Shown here in pieces: positions 1 through 9,026 of a stretch of DNA of 32,000 nt (its first letter is position 1; every line of letters begins with the position of its first letter). The notes beneath the pieces were generated by a model. It made no database searches and had not been told where the DNA came from. It saw nothing but the letters and a program-made list of their open reading frames with translations. A program made the translations under genes and the position numbers. Source of the stretch: Candidatus Kuenenia stuttgartensis (GTDB lineage: Bacteria; Planctomycetota; Brocadiia; Brocadiales; Brocadiaceae); the NCBI RefSeq assembly GCF_900232105.1, contig NZ_LT934425.1:3300001-3332000 (forward strand), written 5' to 3'.

Positions 1-687
1 ACCCCGCTCACGGCAATCATTGGATTCACGAACATTATTAAAAAACGATTAGATACCTTCATCTTTCCGCAAATAGAAACGAACGCAATAAAATCACAAA
101 AGGCTATACAACAGATAAAGGAAAATATTAACATCATACTCTCGGAAGGAGAGAGGTTAACAAATTTGATTAATGACGTGCTTGACCTGGCGAAGATTGA
201 AGCAGGCAAAATTGAATGGAAAAGGCATCAGACTTCGGTAACAGAAGTAATTATGAATGCTACAGCGGCAACCACTGCCCTTATAGAACAAAAAGGCCTT
301 GCGCTGAATGTTGATATTGAAAAAAATATACCCGATTTTTACGGGGATAAAAACAGGTTTATACAAGTCGTGATAAACCTAATTTCCAATGCAATAAAAT
401 TTACCGACAAAGGCGCCATCTCATGCTATGCAAAACAAACAGACAATAAAATCCAGGTTACCGTAATGGACACTGGCGTAGGGATTGCACCTGAAAATCT
501 TGAAAAAATCTTTGACAAATTCAAACAAGTGGGTGATACGCTTACCAATAAACCTGGCGGCACCGGTCTGGGCCTCCCGATATGCAAACAGATCGTTGAA
601 TATCATGGAGGCTCTATCCATGCAGAAAGCGAACCAAACAAAGGCACCGCATTTTCATTTACAATACCCTTGCGTGCTGATGTGTAA
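1..687 (+). CDS. Sensor histidine kinase, C-terminal portion (5' end lies upstream of window)
   Basis: Frame 1 is open from base 1 (TPLTAIIGFTNII, end of the HisKA H-box helix). Downstream are the N-box VINLISNAIKFT, G1 box MDTGVGI and G2 box GGTGLGL of an HATPase_c domain. Stop at 685-687. Confidence 0.9.
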   Translation, partial: TPLTAIIGFTNIIKKRLDTFIFPQIETNAIKSQKAIQQIKENINIILSEGERLTNLINDVLDLAKIEAGKIEWKRHQTSVTEVIMNATAATTALIEQKGLALNVDIEKNIPDFYGDKNRFIQVVINLISNAIKFTDKGAISCYAKQTDNKIQVTVMDTGVGIAPENLEKIFDKFKQVGDTLTNKPGGTGLGLPICKQIVEYHGGSIHAESEPNKGTAFSFTIPLRADV

Positions 688-933
688 ACCCCTTTAGCAG
701 GGATTCTTCATCTGATATCTATGTGCTTCCAAAGTACCCCGAAACTCTTTCTCATAGAAGCAGAACAGACTTTGTTTAAATAACATACTTTGCTTGACGA
801 ACATGTTCTCTGTATCTATACTTAAACCGTTCATAATTTGTAATTCATCTTTTAAGCATCTTGAGTATATTATAAAAATGTGCATAATACGCTGTTTACT
901 TTTCTGCAGCATAAAGAGGGCTAGGGAGGATTA

Positions 934-1866
934 ATGAAAATACTTGTCACGGGAGGCGCAGGCTTTATCGCTTCTCATTTAGTGGACAACTTAATTGCCA
1001 AAGGGCACGACGTAGTAATTGTTGATAATCTTTCCACGGGAAGAGAAGAAAACATTAATCCCAAGGCGCGGTTTTACAAAATGGATATTTGTAATGTCGC
1101 TGCCTTGGCAGACATCTTCGACAAGGAAAGGCCTGATGTAGTAAATCACCATGCTGCGCATGCTGATGTACGTAAATCGGTAGAAATGCCGGCTTACGAT
1201 GCAAATATAAACATACTCGGGTCACTGAATCTTTGTCAATTATCGATGAAATACCAGGTAAAGAAATTTATTTATGCTTCTACGGGAGGGGCAGTCTATG
1301 GAGAACCGAAGCGCATGCCTGTAACGGAGGAATCACCCATTGAACCTCTTTCCCAATACGGAGTAAGCAAGCATACGGTAGAACATTATTTGTCCGTTTT
1401 TAACAAATTATACCATATGGACTTCACTATTCTTAGATACCCAAATGTTTACGGTCCAAGACAATCACCGTATGGAGAAGCAGGCGTTGTAGCTATTTTC
1501 AGCGAACATATTTTAAATAATAAACGCCCAACAATTTTTGGGGATGGCAGTAAAACGAGGGACTATGTTTTTGTAGCAGATATTATTGAGGCAAATCTTA
1601 AAGCATTGGAAAAAGAAGGGAATGGCGAAATCTTTAATTTAGGATGGGGGCTGGAAATTCCCGATTTGGCTGTTTTTCAGGCTATTCGGGATGCCTTAAA
1701 TTCAAAAATAGAGCCTATTTTCGGAAATAAACGGAATGGAGAAATAGAACGTATATGCCTTGATAGCACTAAGGCAATAAAAATGCTTCATTGGATGCCA
1801 AAAATCAATTTTAAAGAGGGGATAAAACTATCCACTAATTACTATAAGCAATTAAAGAACGCTTAA
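934..1866 (+). CDS. NAD-dependent epimerase/dehydratase (UDP-glucose 4-epimerase-like SDR)
   Basis: Rossmann motif VTGGAGFIASHL at the N-terminus, catalytic YGVSKH (YxxxK), 310 aa. AGGGAGGA Shine-Dalgarno at 923-930 just upstream of the ATG. Confidence 0.85.
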   Translation: MKILVTGGAGFIASHLVDNLIAKGHDVVIVDNLSTGREENINPKARFYKMDICNVAALADIFDKERPDVVNHHAAHADVRKSVEMPAYDANINILGSLNLCQLSMKYQVKKFIYASTGGAVYGEPKRMPVTEESPIEPLSQYGVSKHTVEHYLSVFNKLYHMDFTILRYPNVYGPRQSPYGEAGVVAIFSEHILNNKRPTIFGDGSKTRDYVFVADIIEANLKALEKEGNGEIFNLGWGLEIPDLAVFQAIRDALNSKIEPIFGNKRNGEIERICLDSTKAIKMLHWMPKINFKEGIKLSTNYYKQLKNA

Positions 1867-1870
1867 TTAT

Positions 1871-1893
1871 CTGGGTATGACATCCATACCCAG
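1871..1893. terminator. Perfect 9-bp hairpin between convergent epimerase and rpsI genes
   Basis: ctgggtatg (1871-1879) / acatc loop / catacccag (1885-1893), 5 nt after the epimerase stop. There is no clear T-run on either strand, so the terminator function is tentative. Confidence 0.4.
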
Positions 1894-2003
1894 TGATATA
1901 CTACGAAAGATTTATAATAATTAATGGTACAGCAATTCCCCGTCTTTTATAAAAGGAGCTATCTCCAAAAAGATATTTTGCCATGCAGAAATATCTCTTG
2001 CTA

Positions 2004-2033
2004 ACAGGTTGTTTTTTATTAAAAACAACCTGT
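2004..2033 (-). terminator. 13-bp stem-loop immediately downstream of rpsI
   Basis: acaggttgttttt (2004-2016) pairs with aaaaacaacctgt (2021-2033), 4-nt loop. It lies 12 nt beyond the rpsI stop. The A/T runs are built into the stem. Confidence 0.5.
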
Positions 2034-2044
2034 ATAATGGGATA

Positions 2045-2440
2045 TTATCGTTTCGTCCACTGGAAACTCTTCCTTGCACCCTTTCGACCATACTTTTTGC
2101 GCTCTTTCATCCTGCTGTCACGCGTCAAAAGGCCATTTTCACGTAAGTCATCTGCCAGGGCAGAGTCAATCTTTGTCATTGCGCGTGCAATACCCATACA
2201 TACCGCCCCTGCCTGGCCACTTATCCCGCCTCCCCTTACATTTACCAGCACATCATATCCACCAAGTGTTTTAGTGGCCTTAAATGGGTTCAAAACTACC
2301 CCTTTATGGCGGTCAACAGGAAAATATTCATTAATATCACGCTTGTTCACAGTTACTTTACCTGTGCCTTTTTTTATTCTAACGCTGGCAACTGAAGTCT
2401 TGCGCCTTCCTGTTCCCCATACATACTGTTCTGTAACCAT
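2045..2440 (-). CDS. rpsI: 30S ribosomal protein S9
   Basis: 131 aa. GGGISGQAGA motif and the characteristic C-terminus RDSRMKERKKYGRKGARKSFQWTKR. Confidence 0.97.
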   Translation of the reverse strand: MVTEQYVWGTGRRKTSVASVRIKKGTGKVTVNKRDINEYFPVDRHKGVVLNPFKATKTLGGYDVLVNVRGGGISGQAGAVCMGIARAMTKIDSALADDLRENGLLTRDSRMKERKKYGRKGARKSFQWTKR

Positions 2441-2449
2441 ATTTCTCCC

Positions 2450-2884
2450 TTAATTTCTAATTGTTAACTCTTTTGGTTGTTGAGCCTGATGCGGGTGATT
2501 TGCATCTTTATATATTTTTACTTTTTTCAGCATTGATTTTCCCAATCTTGTTTTTGGCAGCATTAGCCTTATGGAGCGATTCAGTATTTTTTCCGGTGTT
2601 GTTTTAAGCGTATTTCCCACCATGCGTTTTCTCAATCCACCCTGATATCCAGTCACATAATAATGAATTTTTTCCTGCATTTTTTTCCCGGTAAGCTTCA
2701 CCTTACTTGCATTTGTAATAATAACAAAGTCTCCTACATCAATGTAAGGCGTGTATTCCGGTTTATGTTTACCTTGCAATACTCGGGATATCGTTGTTAA
2801 GATTCTGCCAAGCACCTTATCCTCAGCATCAACAATATACCAATCCCGCTTCACCTCTTCTTTTTTTGCCATATAAGTTTTCAT
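2450..2884 (-). CDS. rplM: 50S ribosomal protein L13
   Basis: 144 aa. N-terminus KRDWYIVDAEDKVLGRILTTISRVLQGKHKPEYTP is typical of L13. It sits 9 nt upstream of rpsI in the conserved rplM-rpsI order. Confidence 0.97.
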   Translation of the reverse strand: MKTYMAKKEEVKRDWYIVDAEDKVLGRILTTISRVLQGKHKPEYTPYIDVGDFVIITNASKVKLTGKKMQEKIHYYVTGYQGGLRKRMVGNTLKTTPEKILNRSIRLMLPKTRLGKSMLKKVKIYKDANHPHQAQQPKELTIRN

Positions 2885-2907
2885 TGCTTTGTATCCCTGA
2901 ATATTTC

Positions 2908-2939
2908 AAAAATAAAAAACGCCTTATCGGTATAAGGCG
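2908..2939 (-). terminator. Intrinsic-terminator-like hairpin in the rplM 5' leader
   Basis: On the minus strand cgccttat / accg / ataaggcg (2920-2939) is followed directly by TTTTTTATTTTT (2908-2919). It ends 24 nt upstream of the rplM start codon. Confidence 0.5.
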
Positions 2940-3121
2940 CCTCTTTATAAATTAAAAATGCAACTTAATTGATAAAATCCCTTATATTTTCAAATGTTAT
3001 ACCCTCCGGTAAACCAGAAAACCACTGTTCTTGGTTTAGCCTCTGATAAAGCACAGAAGTTCAACATCAATATGTGGCGATAAGATACTATAAACGTTTA
3101 TCAAATTTTGCCTTAAATGTC

Positions 3122-3143
3122 AATGGCATTTTAAAATGCCATT
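3122..3143. repeat. Perfect 22-bp palindrome aatggcattttaaaatgccatt
   Basis: aatggcatttt (3122-3132) is the exact reverse complement of aaaatgccatt (3133-3143). It lies in the divergent region between rplM and the FabZ-like gene. Confidence 0.6.
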
Positions 3144-3206
3144 TTGATTTAATTTTCATTTGACCTATCCAGCAATAGCATTTAACATAAAGTACGTACG
3201 TTTTTC

Positions 3207-3234
3207 ATTGTAATATCAGTTACCAATTTTTCAA
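3207..3234 (-). promoter_or_regulatory. Sigma70-like promoter facing rplM-rpsI
   Basis: Minus strand reads TTGAAA (3234-3229), a 16-nt spacer, then TACAAT (3212-3207). It would give a leader of about 315 nt containing the palindrome and the terminator-like hairpin. AT-rich DNA produces such matches by chance. Confidence 0.35.
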
Positions 3235-3248
3235 TAGGATTTTTTACT

Positions 3249-3722
3249 GTGCCAAATGATATTTTTATAAATTTAAATACCCTGGATTTAAACAACACTA
3301 TCGTAGATATAGAGGGAATACGCAGCATAATTCCGCACAGGTACGAAATGGAACAGCTTAGCGGCATTTTGCAATTTGACCCTGAACAGAAACTGATCGT
3401 GGGTTACAAAACTGTTTCAATGAATGAATTTTGGATAAGAGGACATATACCAAACCGTCCACTCATGCCTGGTGTGATGATGCTTGAAGCTGCCGCCCAA
3501 TTATGTTCCTATTATTATATGAAGACAACGAAAGACGCCCGCTTCCTAGGTTTTGGAGGGATAAATGATGTAAAATTTCGTGGGAAAGTTGTGCCGGGTG
3601 ACAACCTCATACTTATTGCAAAGAATAAAGAATTAAGGCCACGCAGGGCAATCTTTGATACACAGGGAGTCGTTAACGGAAAACTTGTGTTCGAAGGAGT
3701 TATAATTGGAATGGTCGTATAG
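3249..3722 (+). CDS. FabZ/FabA-family (hot-dog fold) 3-hydroxyacyl-ACP dehydratase-like protein
   Basis: IPHRYEMEQL...FWIRGHIPNRPLMPGVMMLEAAAQL matches the FabZ signature (PHRYP..., GHFP..PVMPGVL.IEA.AQ) with the catalytic His and Glu retained. GTG start with no obvious SD, so the start is uncertain. Confidence 0.7.
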   Translation: MPNDIFINLNTLDLNNTIVDIEGIRSIIPHRYEMEQLSGILQFDPEQKLIVGYKTVSMNEFWIRGHIPNRPLMPGVMMLEAAAQLCSYYYMKTTKDARFLGFGGINDVKFRGKVVPGDNLILIAKNKELRPRRAIFDTQGVVNGKLVFEGVIIGMVV

Positions 3723-3865
3723 GCAAAGGCAAAATACTATCGTTGACACATTTGAGAGAGTGGTGGAAAAACTTTTCGCCCACAATAACACATTGTAATA
3801 AAATCGATTTCCCATTTCTTAATACATTTATTAGCAAAATCCCAGGCCAGAATACAATAAAGAAA

Positions 3866-4597
3866 TTATACTGGTCTGCGAACTAATTCCAAAACATCCG
3901 CTATCTTTTTTATGGTGTAATCCGGTTTAATTTGCATACCCTTATTCTGTAAAAATGTCCTATAATGCCTCCCATGTTCGAACAAAATCGTAATCATGCC
4001 TAAAGTTTTTCCGGCAGCGATTTCATCATCTATCTTGTCCCCCACACAAATAATTTCTTCCGCTCGCAGATTACCGTGTTGCATGATTTCCTTAAAATAA
4101 TCTTTTTTTTTCTTTTCCCTATCCCTTTCTACAATCAATATTTTATCAAAATAATTATTTCCCAATCCGAGCGCATTAATTTTGTTTTTTTGGACAAGCA
4201 TTTCTCCCGATGTAACAAGGAATAACATATATTTCTGTTTTTTAAGTTGAATAAGCGTTTCTATTACGCCTGGAAACAATGTAATATCAGATATTTCAAC
4301 GCATATATATTCATCTAACAACCTTTTGCCACATGAAGGTGGAAGATTATACATTGCAACAATGTAGTCATAAACATTGCATTTTGTTCCATGTTTCTCC
4401 TCTAAATCATTTTGTAACCGGAACGCTTCTTCTTCGCTACAACTTATTAATTTAGCGATAGTTTTTGCAACCTGCCGTCTTCCCCTGACGATTAATGTGC
4501 CACTGCAATCATACAGCGTATCGTCAAGATCAAAAATAACGGCCTTTATTCCTGATAGATCATTTTCCATGTGTTTATGGCCTGCCTCTTGCGCCAA
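3866..4597 (-). CDS. HAD-superfamily hydrolase
   Basis: Motif I VIFDLDDTLYD, motif II LVTSG, motif IV-like VGDKIDDEI. The TTG start at 4597 has GGGGAG 8 nt upstream. An alternative ATG lies at 4570. Confidence 0.8.
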   Translation of the reverse strand: MAQEAGHKHMENDLSGIKAVIFDLDDTLYDCSGTLIVRGRRQVAKTIAKLISCSEEEAFRLQNDLEEKHGTKCNVYDYIVAMYNLPPSCGKRLLDEYICVEISDITLFPGVIETLIQLKKQKYMLFLVTSGEMLVQKNKINALGLGNNYFDKILIVERDREKKKKDYFKEIMQHGNLRAEEIICVGDKIDDEIAAGKTLGMITILFEHGRHYRTFLQNKGMQIKPDYTIKKIADVLELVRRPV

Positions 4598-4869
4598 ATA
4601 GGCCGCTCCCCGATGACCGGTAAAATTTTATCAAATATCTATACAACGATAGGAATTAAAAAAACCTTGCCATTTTCTTCATTTTTGTTGTAATCTTATA
4701 AAAATGTAAAAACAAATTCCTGTCAGTTCTTTGTTTGTAAAAAATTCCACCACATGAAGGATTTTATTTGGAGCAGAAAATAGAAATTCCGTCCTCGCCT
4801 GTAACTTCTGCCTTAAAATCAACCTGCACCTCATGCATTCAGTGGTTTCCTTTTTATTCCCGATATTTA

Positions 4870-4906
4870 GAAGTTTTGTAATACGTTAGTTTTTTTGAAA
4901 AAAAGC
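4870..4906 (-). repeat. Copy of a recurrent intergenic motif (T-run/A-run-CTAA-NGTRTTAC)
   Basis: The minus strand of 4870-4906 reads gctttttttcaaaaaaactaacgtattacaaaacttc. This aligns with 18471-18504 and 20815-20848. A partial extra copy (ctgaaaaactaattaaaaacc on the minus strand) is at 4921-4941. Confidence 0.55.
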
Positions 4907-5107
4907 TCATAGTATTACAAGGTTTTTAATTAGTTTTTCAGAACTAAAAAGGATTTTATGTTTTAAAGTTTGCCGATTGTGGACCATCTCCATATTGATA
5001 TTTGCAAATATCCCGGCGACTATGTCAGGTAAGTAAAGGTATTGAAAGTGATAAAAAGCGTTTTTAAACAGCGGATATTAGATTCCTGATTATAATATTA
5101 TATTATT

Positions 5108-6754
5108 ATGGATATTTCAACTCAAACGGTAATTACGGACACTAAATTAAAAAGTATGAGCGAAGAGATATCGCGGGAAGCATCGCGCCGTCGTACATTT
5201 GCGATTATTTCGCATCCGGACGCTGGTAAAACAACGTTAACAGAGAAACTTTTGTTATATGGAGGAGCTTTAGAACTGGCGGGTTCTGTTACAGCAAAGA
5301 AAAAACAGCGTGATACAGCCTCGGATTGGATGGATATTGAGAAAAAACGAGGGATTTCTATTTCATCCACTGTTCTCCAGTTTGATTACGGGAACTACAG
5401 ACTGAATTTGCTTGATACACCGGGCCATAAAGATTTTTCGGAAGATACGTATCGCGTATTAATGGCGGTTGATGCAGTAATTATGGTCATCGATGCCGGA
5501 AAAGGGATCGAGAGTCAAACCCGTAAACTCTTCGAGATATGCAGAAAGCGTGGCATTCCCATCTTTACGTTTATGAACAAGCTTGACCGTCCGTCAATGA
5601 CTCCTTTGGAGTTGATAGACCAATTGGAGAAAGTGCTGAACCTGCATGCCTTTCCTGTTGTCTGGCCATTGGGAAACGGACAGAATTTTAAAGGTGTTTA
5701 TGACAGGCTCAGGAAAGAAGTACATCTGTTTGAAAGGGTGCCGGCAGGGGAGTATAAAGCGCCTGTGTCGATTCGGGATATTCGTGACCATTTGGTAAAA
5801 GACCTCCTAAGCGAGCAAACCTACAACGAAGTTGTAGAAGAAATAGCGCTCCTGGATGATGCGCACGGAGGTTTTGAACGGGATGCGGTTCTCCATGGAA
5901 TGACGACACCGGTTTTTTTTGGAAGTGCGGCTAATAATTTTGGCGTGGAGCTTCTTTTGAGAGGGTTCCTTGAGTATTCGGCTGGTCCTTCTCCCAGAAA
6001 AGCAATAAGTGGCTGGATACCGTTGGATAATCCTCACTTTTCCGGGTTTGTTTTTAAAGTCCAAACGAACATGAACCCACTGCACAGGGATAGAATGGTT
6101 TTTGTAAGAGTTTGTTCCGGAAGATTCTATCGCGATATGATGATTCACCACGTGCGACTTGGAAAAGAAATAAGGTTATCCGGTTGCCATAGTGTTTTTG
6201 GACGCAACCGGGAAATAGCCTGGGAAGCTTATCCGGGTGATATCATTGGTTTTGTAACGAGAGCGGATTTTCGTGTCGGAGACACAATCAGCACGGATCC
6301 AAACCTTGTTTTCGAGGAGATTCCGCGGTTCGCTCCGGAGTGTTTCGCTTTTTTGCATAATTCTTTGTCATCAAGTTATAAATCTTTCCGCAAAGGCGTG
6401 GAACATCTTCTTGCCGAGGATATTGTGCAGGTGTTTCATTTGCAGGACCATGGGAGCAATCTCCCTCTTTTAGGGGCGGTGGGGCCTTTGCAGTTTGAAG
6501 TTATGCAGTATCGCCTCAAGGATGAATATGGGGTTGAATCCAGATTAGAATCCATGCCGTGGGAAGTTCTCAGATGGCTGGATGCACCTTTGAACGATAC
6601 GGATTTAAAACGGTCTTTACCGCACGGTGCTGCGTTAGGTACGGATGAACAAGGCCGGATGGTTATTCTTTTCCCGTCTGAGTGGTCATTAAAATATTTT
6701 TCGGAAAAGAACCCTTCAACAAGGCTTTTAGATTCACCCGGTAAAACCAAATGA
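5108..6754 (+). CDS. prfC: Peptide chain release factor 3
   Basis: RRRTFAIISHPDAGKTTLTEKLLLYGGA, LLDTPGH and NKLDR GTPase motifs, 548 aa. A start at ATG 5156 (MSEEISREASRRRTFAI) would fit the usual PrfC N-terminal length better, so the start is uncertain. Confidence 0.93.
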   Translation: MDISTQTVITDTKLKSMSEEISREASRRRTFAIISHPDAGKTTLTEKLLLYGGALELAGSVTAKKKQRDTASDWMDIEKKRGISISSTVLQFDYGNYRLNLLDTPGHKDFSEDTYRVLMAVDAVIMVIDAGKGIESQTRKLFEICRKRGIPIFTFMNKLDRPSMTPLELIDQLEKVLNLHAFPVVWPLGNGQNFKGVYDRLRKEVHLFERVPAGEYKAPVSIRDIRDHLVKDLLSEQTYNEVVEEIALLDDAHGGFERDAVLHGMTTPVFFGSAANNFGVELLLRGFLEYSAGPSPRKAISGWIPLDNPHFSGFVFKVQTNMNPLHRDRMVFVRVCSGRFYRDMMIHHVRLGKEIRLSGCHSVFGRNREIAWEAYPGDIIGFVTRADFRVGDTISTDPNLVFEEIPRFAPECFAFLHNSLSSSYKSFRKGVEHLLAEDIVQVFHLQDHGSNLPLLGAVGPLQFEVMQYRLKDEYGVESRLESMPWEVLRWLDAPLNDTDLKRSLPHGAALGTDEQGRMVILFPSEWSLKYFSEKNPSTRLLDSPGKTK

Positions 6755-6998
6755 AAAGGTTTTTTTTAACGCCTGTATAAGTACATCGAATCGATGAGCA
6801 TCGTTTGGTTTGAGGTGTACCCCATTGTACCTTGTGACTACAACATGGAGTAGAAAGGTGATTCTCTCATATTTGAATTTTCATAATAGCCAAATACAAT
6901 CATTAATACTTGATTGATAAAGACTTTCAAGGTATTTAAATATAGTAAAAAGCATTTATTTTTATAAAAATCTGTTTTTTTCTTGCATTTGAATTGTT

Positions 6999-9012
6999 TC
7001 TAGCGTGAGTTTATCACAAAATAAGGCATGAAGCAACGTAACATAAATACAGTCAATGCGTTAAGCACAACATCAATTGTATACACTGAGTCCTTGAAGT
7101 TTCAGCCGATGTTTGTGGAAATCCATAATGCCTAACGCATTCATCAACAGAGATTCCTTGTCGGACATTTCTTCCAATTTGTAGGTAGCCTTAACTCTCC
7201 CTCTGGCCTTTGTTTCTTCAAGCATAGCAGAAAGCCTTATATTATTAAGGGTGTCTAACAGGGTATCTAACGTTCCACTAAATTGTGCGTGCGCTTTTGC
7301 CTGATACCACACAATCGCCGCCATTAGGTATCCGAGGACGCAAATAAAAAAATGCACCCTGATTTTCTGATCCGTCCAGTGAAATTGCGGTTTTAAAGCA
7401 AGGTGATAGGGGTTCTTGAGATTTCTAAAGGCATGTTCAATTTTTGATTGCCCATAGTAGGCTTTTATAATGTCCGCGGTATCCCAATCGTGATGGTCTG
7501 TCATAAGAATCCTGAACCCCAGTTCCCCTTCTATTTCTTCGAGCTTTTTCTGGTCGATTGAAAAATTCAATTGAAACTTGCCTTCAGATACCTCTTTTAA
7601 CGACCAATCGATAACATCCTTCGCAAATTGACATTTCACTACACTTCTTATCGTATCCTCCAGACCCTCTTTGTCCCGCATCTTTCCCTTTGGATTACAC
7701 AGATGCTGCTGTAAGAGCTTTAACTGATGTTCTGCCTTTTCCAGAGACTGAGACATTCCCCTTAATTGCCCAACCTTTAATTTCTCGGAAATAAATACGA
7801 CAACGGTTCTTTCCTGCCCCCAAATAACCCGTTTGTCATGGTACACCTGTATCTTACTGCCGTCAACGTCATATTCCCTGAAATTACACATGGCATCCCC
7901 TACCAACTGCTTGTGATGATACGGTGTAAGCGCTCCAACGTAATGCAATGCCAATCTCTCTACAATAGCCATATTGTCCATGGAATTGTTTCCACGATCA
8001 AAAACAATAGTGTGCTTTTTGCTGTCGAAACCTAATCCGGTCATCCTGTCTTTTATCGTCTCAAGAACCGCGCTGAACACCTTTGCATCCGCCATGTTCC
8101 CCTGATAGGTATGGTGAAACAACGGTATCATGTCGTTACGTGTAACGACCATCGCCAACCCGACCTGCCTGAGATCGTATCGCTTTTGTTTGTTTTTCCC
8201 CCGCCGGGCAATAGTGCATCGCAGATTAGTTGTGTCGATATACGTGAAAAAATTGGTTGTATCAAAAAACAGTGTGTCGCTTTGAAGGTTGTATGTTTTA
8301 AATGTCTTTTCAATTAATTCGCGCTCGATTTCTGCAATGGATTCTTCAGGAAGTGCATCCATCAAATCCCAGAAATGCTGACTGTCTATTTTACTCAAGC
8401 TGTGTCTGAGTAAGTATTCGGCAGTAGTCGTCTTTGCCCAATCCCACCATCCTCTTTTGCTGGTAGGCACACACACTCTCCCCACGGCACCCAACAAGAG
8501 GGTACTTCCGGCGGTCAGATTATTTCGAACAGGTTTTTTAGCACAATACTGCCGTGGCGACTTTATATATTTATTAATCACGGAAGGGACGTCCAGGGCA
8601 TTGGCCACACTTAGCAATGCGGCTACCGCGCCATGTGAATAAGATTTGAGCCGTAATTTTTCGGTAAGACCTTGCAGTTGTTTTAATAAATCGTCTGCCT
8701 TGCCAAGATAGGCCAGGACGATGGGCCTGGGCTTGCCGTTAACGCGCCGCGATTCGACAATATACCAATATTTATAACCTCTGGAGTTTTTAGATTGAAT
8801 GGTAGCCATGGCTATTAGTTGTTAGTGTATACGTAATAGATTAATACTCCGTGTATAATAGTATATACAGGCATATAATGCAATATAAATATAGTATTAT
8901 TCAGTGTATACATAATTTTTTAGACAAAAAAAGTCGCAACCCGATACAAATCATTGGATTGCAACTTGATGTCTTTGTCTTACACCTTATTTCGTGATAA
9001 ACTCACGCTAGA
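6999..9012 (-). mobile_element. IS1634-family (IS4-like) insertion sequence
   Basis: 28-bp terminal inverted repeats: tctagcgtgagtttatcacaaaataagg (6999-7026) against the reverse complement of 8985-9012, 27/28 identical. They enclose a single 578-aa transposase gene. Element length is 2014 bp. Confidence 0.85.
7073..8809 (-). CDS. IS1634-family transposase
   Basis: N-terminus MATIQSKNSRGYKYWYIVESRRVNGKPRPIVLAYLGK is the typical IS1634-group opening. DDE_Tnp_1-like core (FFDTTNF..., VFDRGNNS...), 578 aa. Confidence 0.85.
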   Translation of the reverse strand: MATIQSKNSRGYKYWYIVESRRVNGKPRPIVLAYLGKADDLLKQLQGLTEKLRLKSYSHGAVAALLSVANALDVPSVINKYIKSPRQYCAKKPVRNNLTAGSTLLLGAVGRVCVPTSKRGWWDWAKTTTAEYLLRHSLSKIDSQHFWDLMDALPEESIAEIERELIEKTFKTYNLQSDTLFFDTTNFFTYIDTTNLRCTIARRGKNKQKRYDLRQVGLAMVVTRNDMIPLFHHTYQGNMADAKVFSAVLETIKDRMTGLGFDSKKHTIVFDRGNNSMDNMAIVERLALHYVGALTPYHHKQLVGDAMCNFREYDVDGSKIQVYHDKRVIWGQERTVVVFISEKLKVGQLRGMSQSLEKAEHQLKLLQQHLCNPKGKMRDKEGLEDTIRSVVKCQFAKDVIDWSLKEVSEGKFQLNFSIDQKKLEEIEGELGFRILMTDHHDWDTADIIKAYYGQSKIEHAFRNLKNPYHLALKPQFHWTDQKIRVHFFICVLGYLMAAIVWYQAKAHAQFSGTLDTLLDTLNNIRLSAMLEETKARGRVKATYKLEEMSDKESLLMNALGIMDFHKHRLKLQGLSVYN

Positions 9013-9026
9013 GTATTAAATTCTGC

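Noticed and set aside
694-912. 72-aa ORF on the minus strand between the histidine kinase and the epimerase
   Set aside because: It has no recognisable motif and no SD. It would occupy the whole promoter/SD region of the epimerase gene, with its start 21 nt from the epimerase ATG. It is probably a chance ORF, though a small protein cannot be excluded.
1983-2453. 156-aa ORF on the + strand (and 2074-2274)
   Set aside because: It lies entirely antisense to the unmistakable rpsI gene. The translation is low-complexity and proline/serine/leucine-rich, typical of a shadow ORF.
6743-6767. Weak A/U-rich hairpin (aaaacc…ggtttt) plus T-run overlapping the prfC stop codon
   Set aside because: It has only a 6-bp stem with two G-C pairs. 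It is a plausible terminator but too weak to call as a feature.
6989-9022. Search for a target-site duplication flanking the IS1634-family element
   Set aside because: The flanks (…gaattgtt | and | gtattaaa…) share no convincing 5-6 bp direct repeat, so no duplication is claimed.
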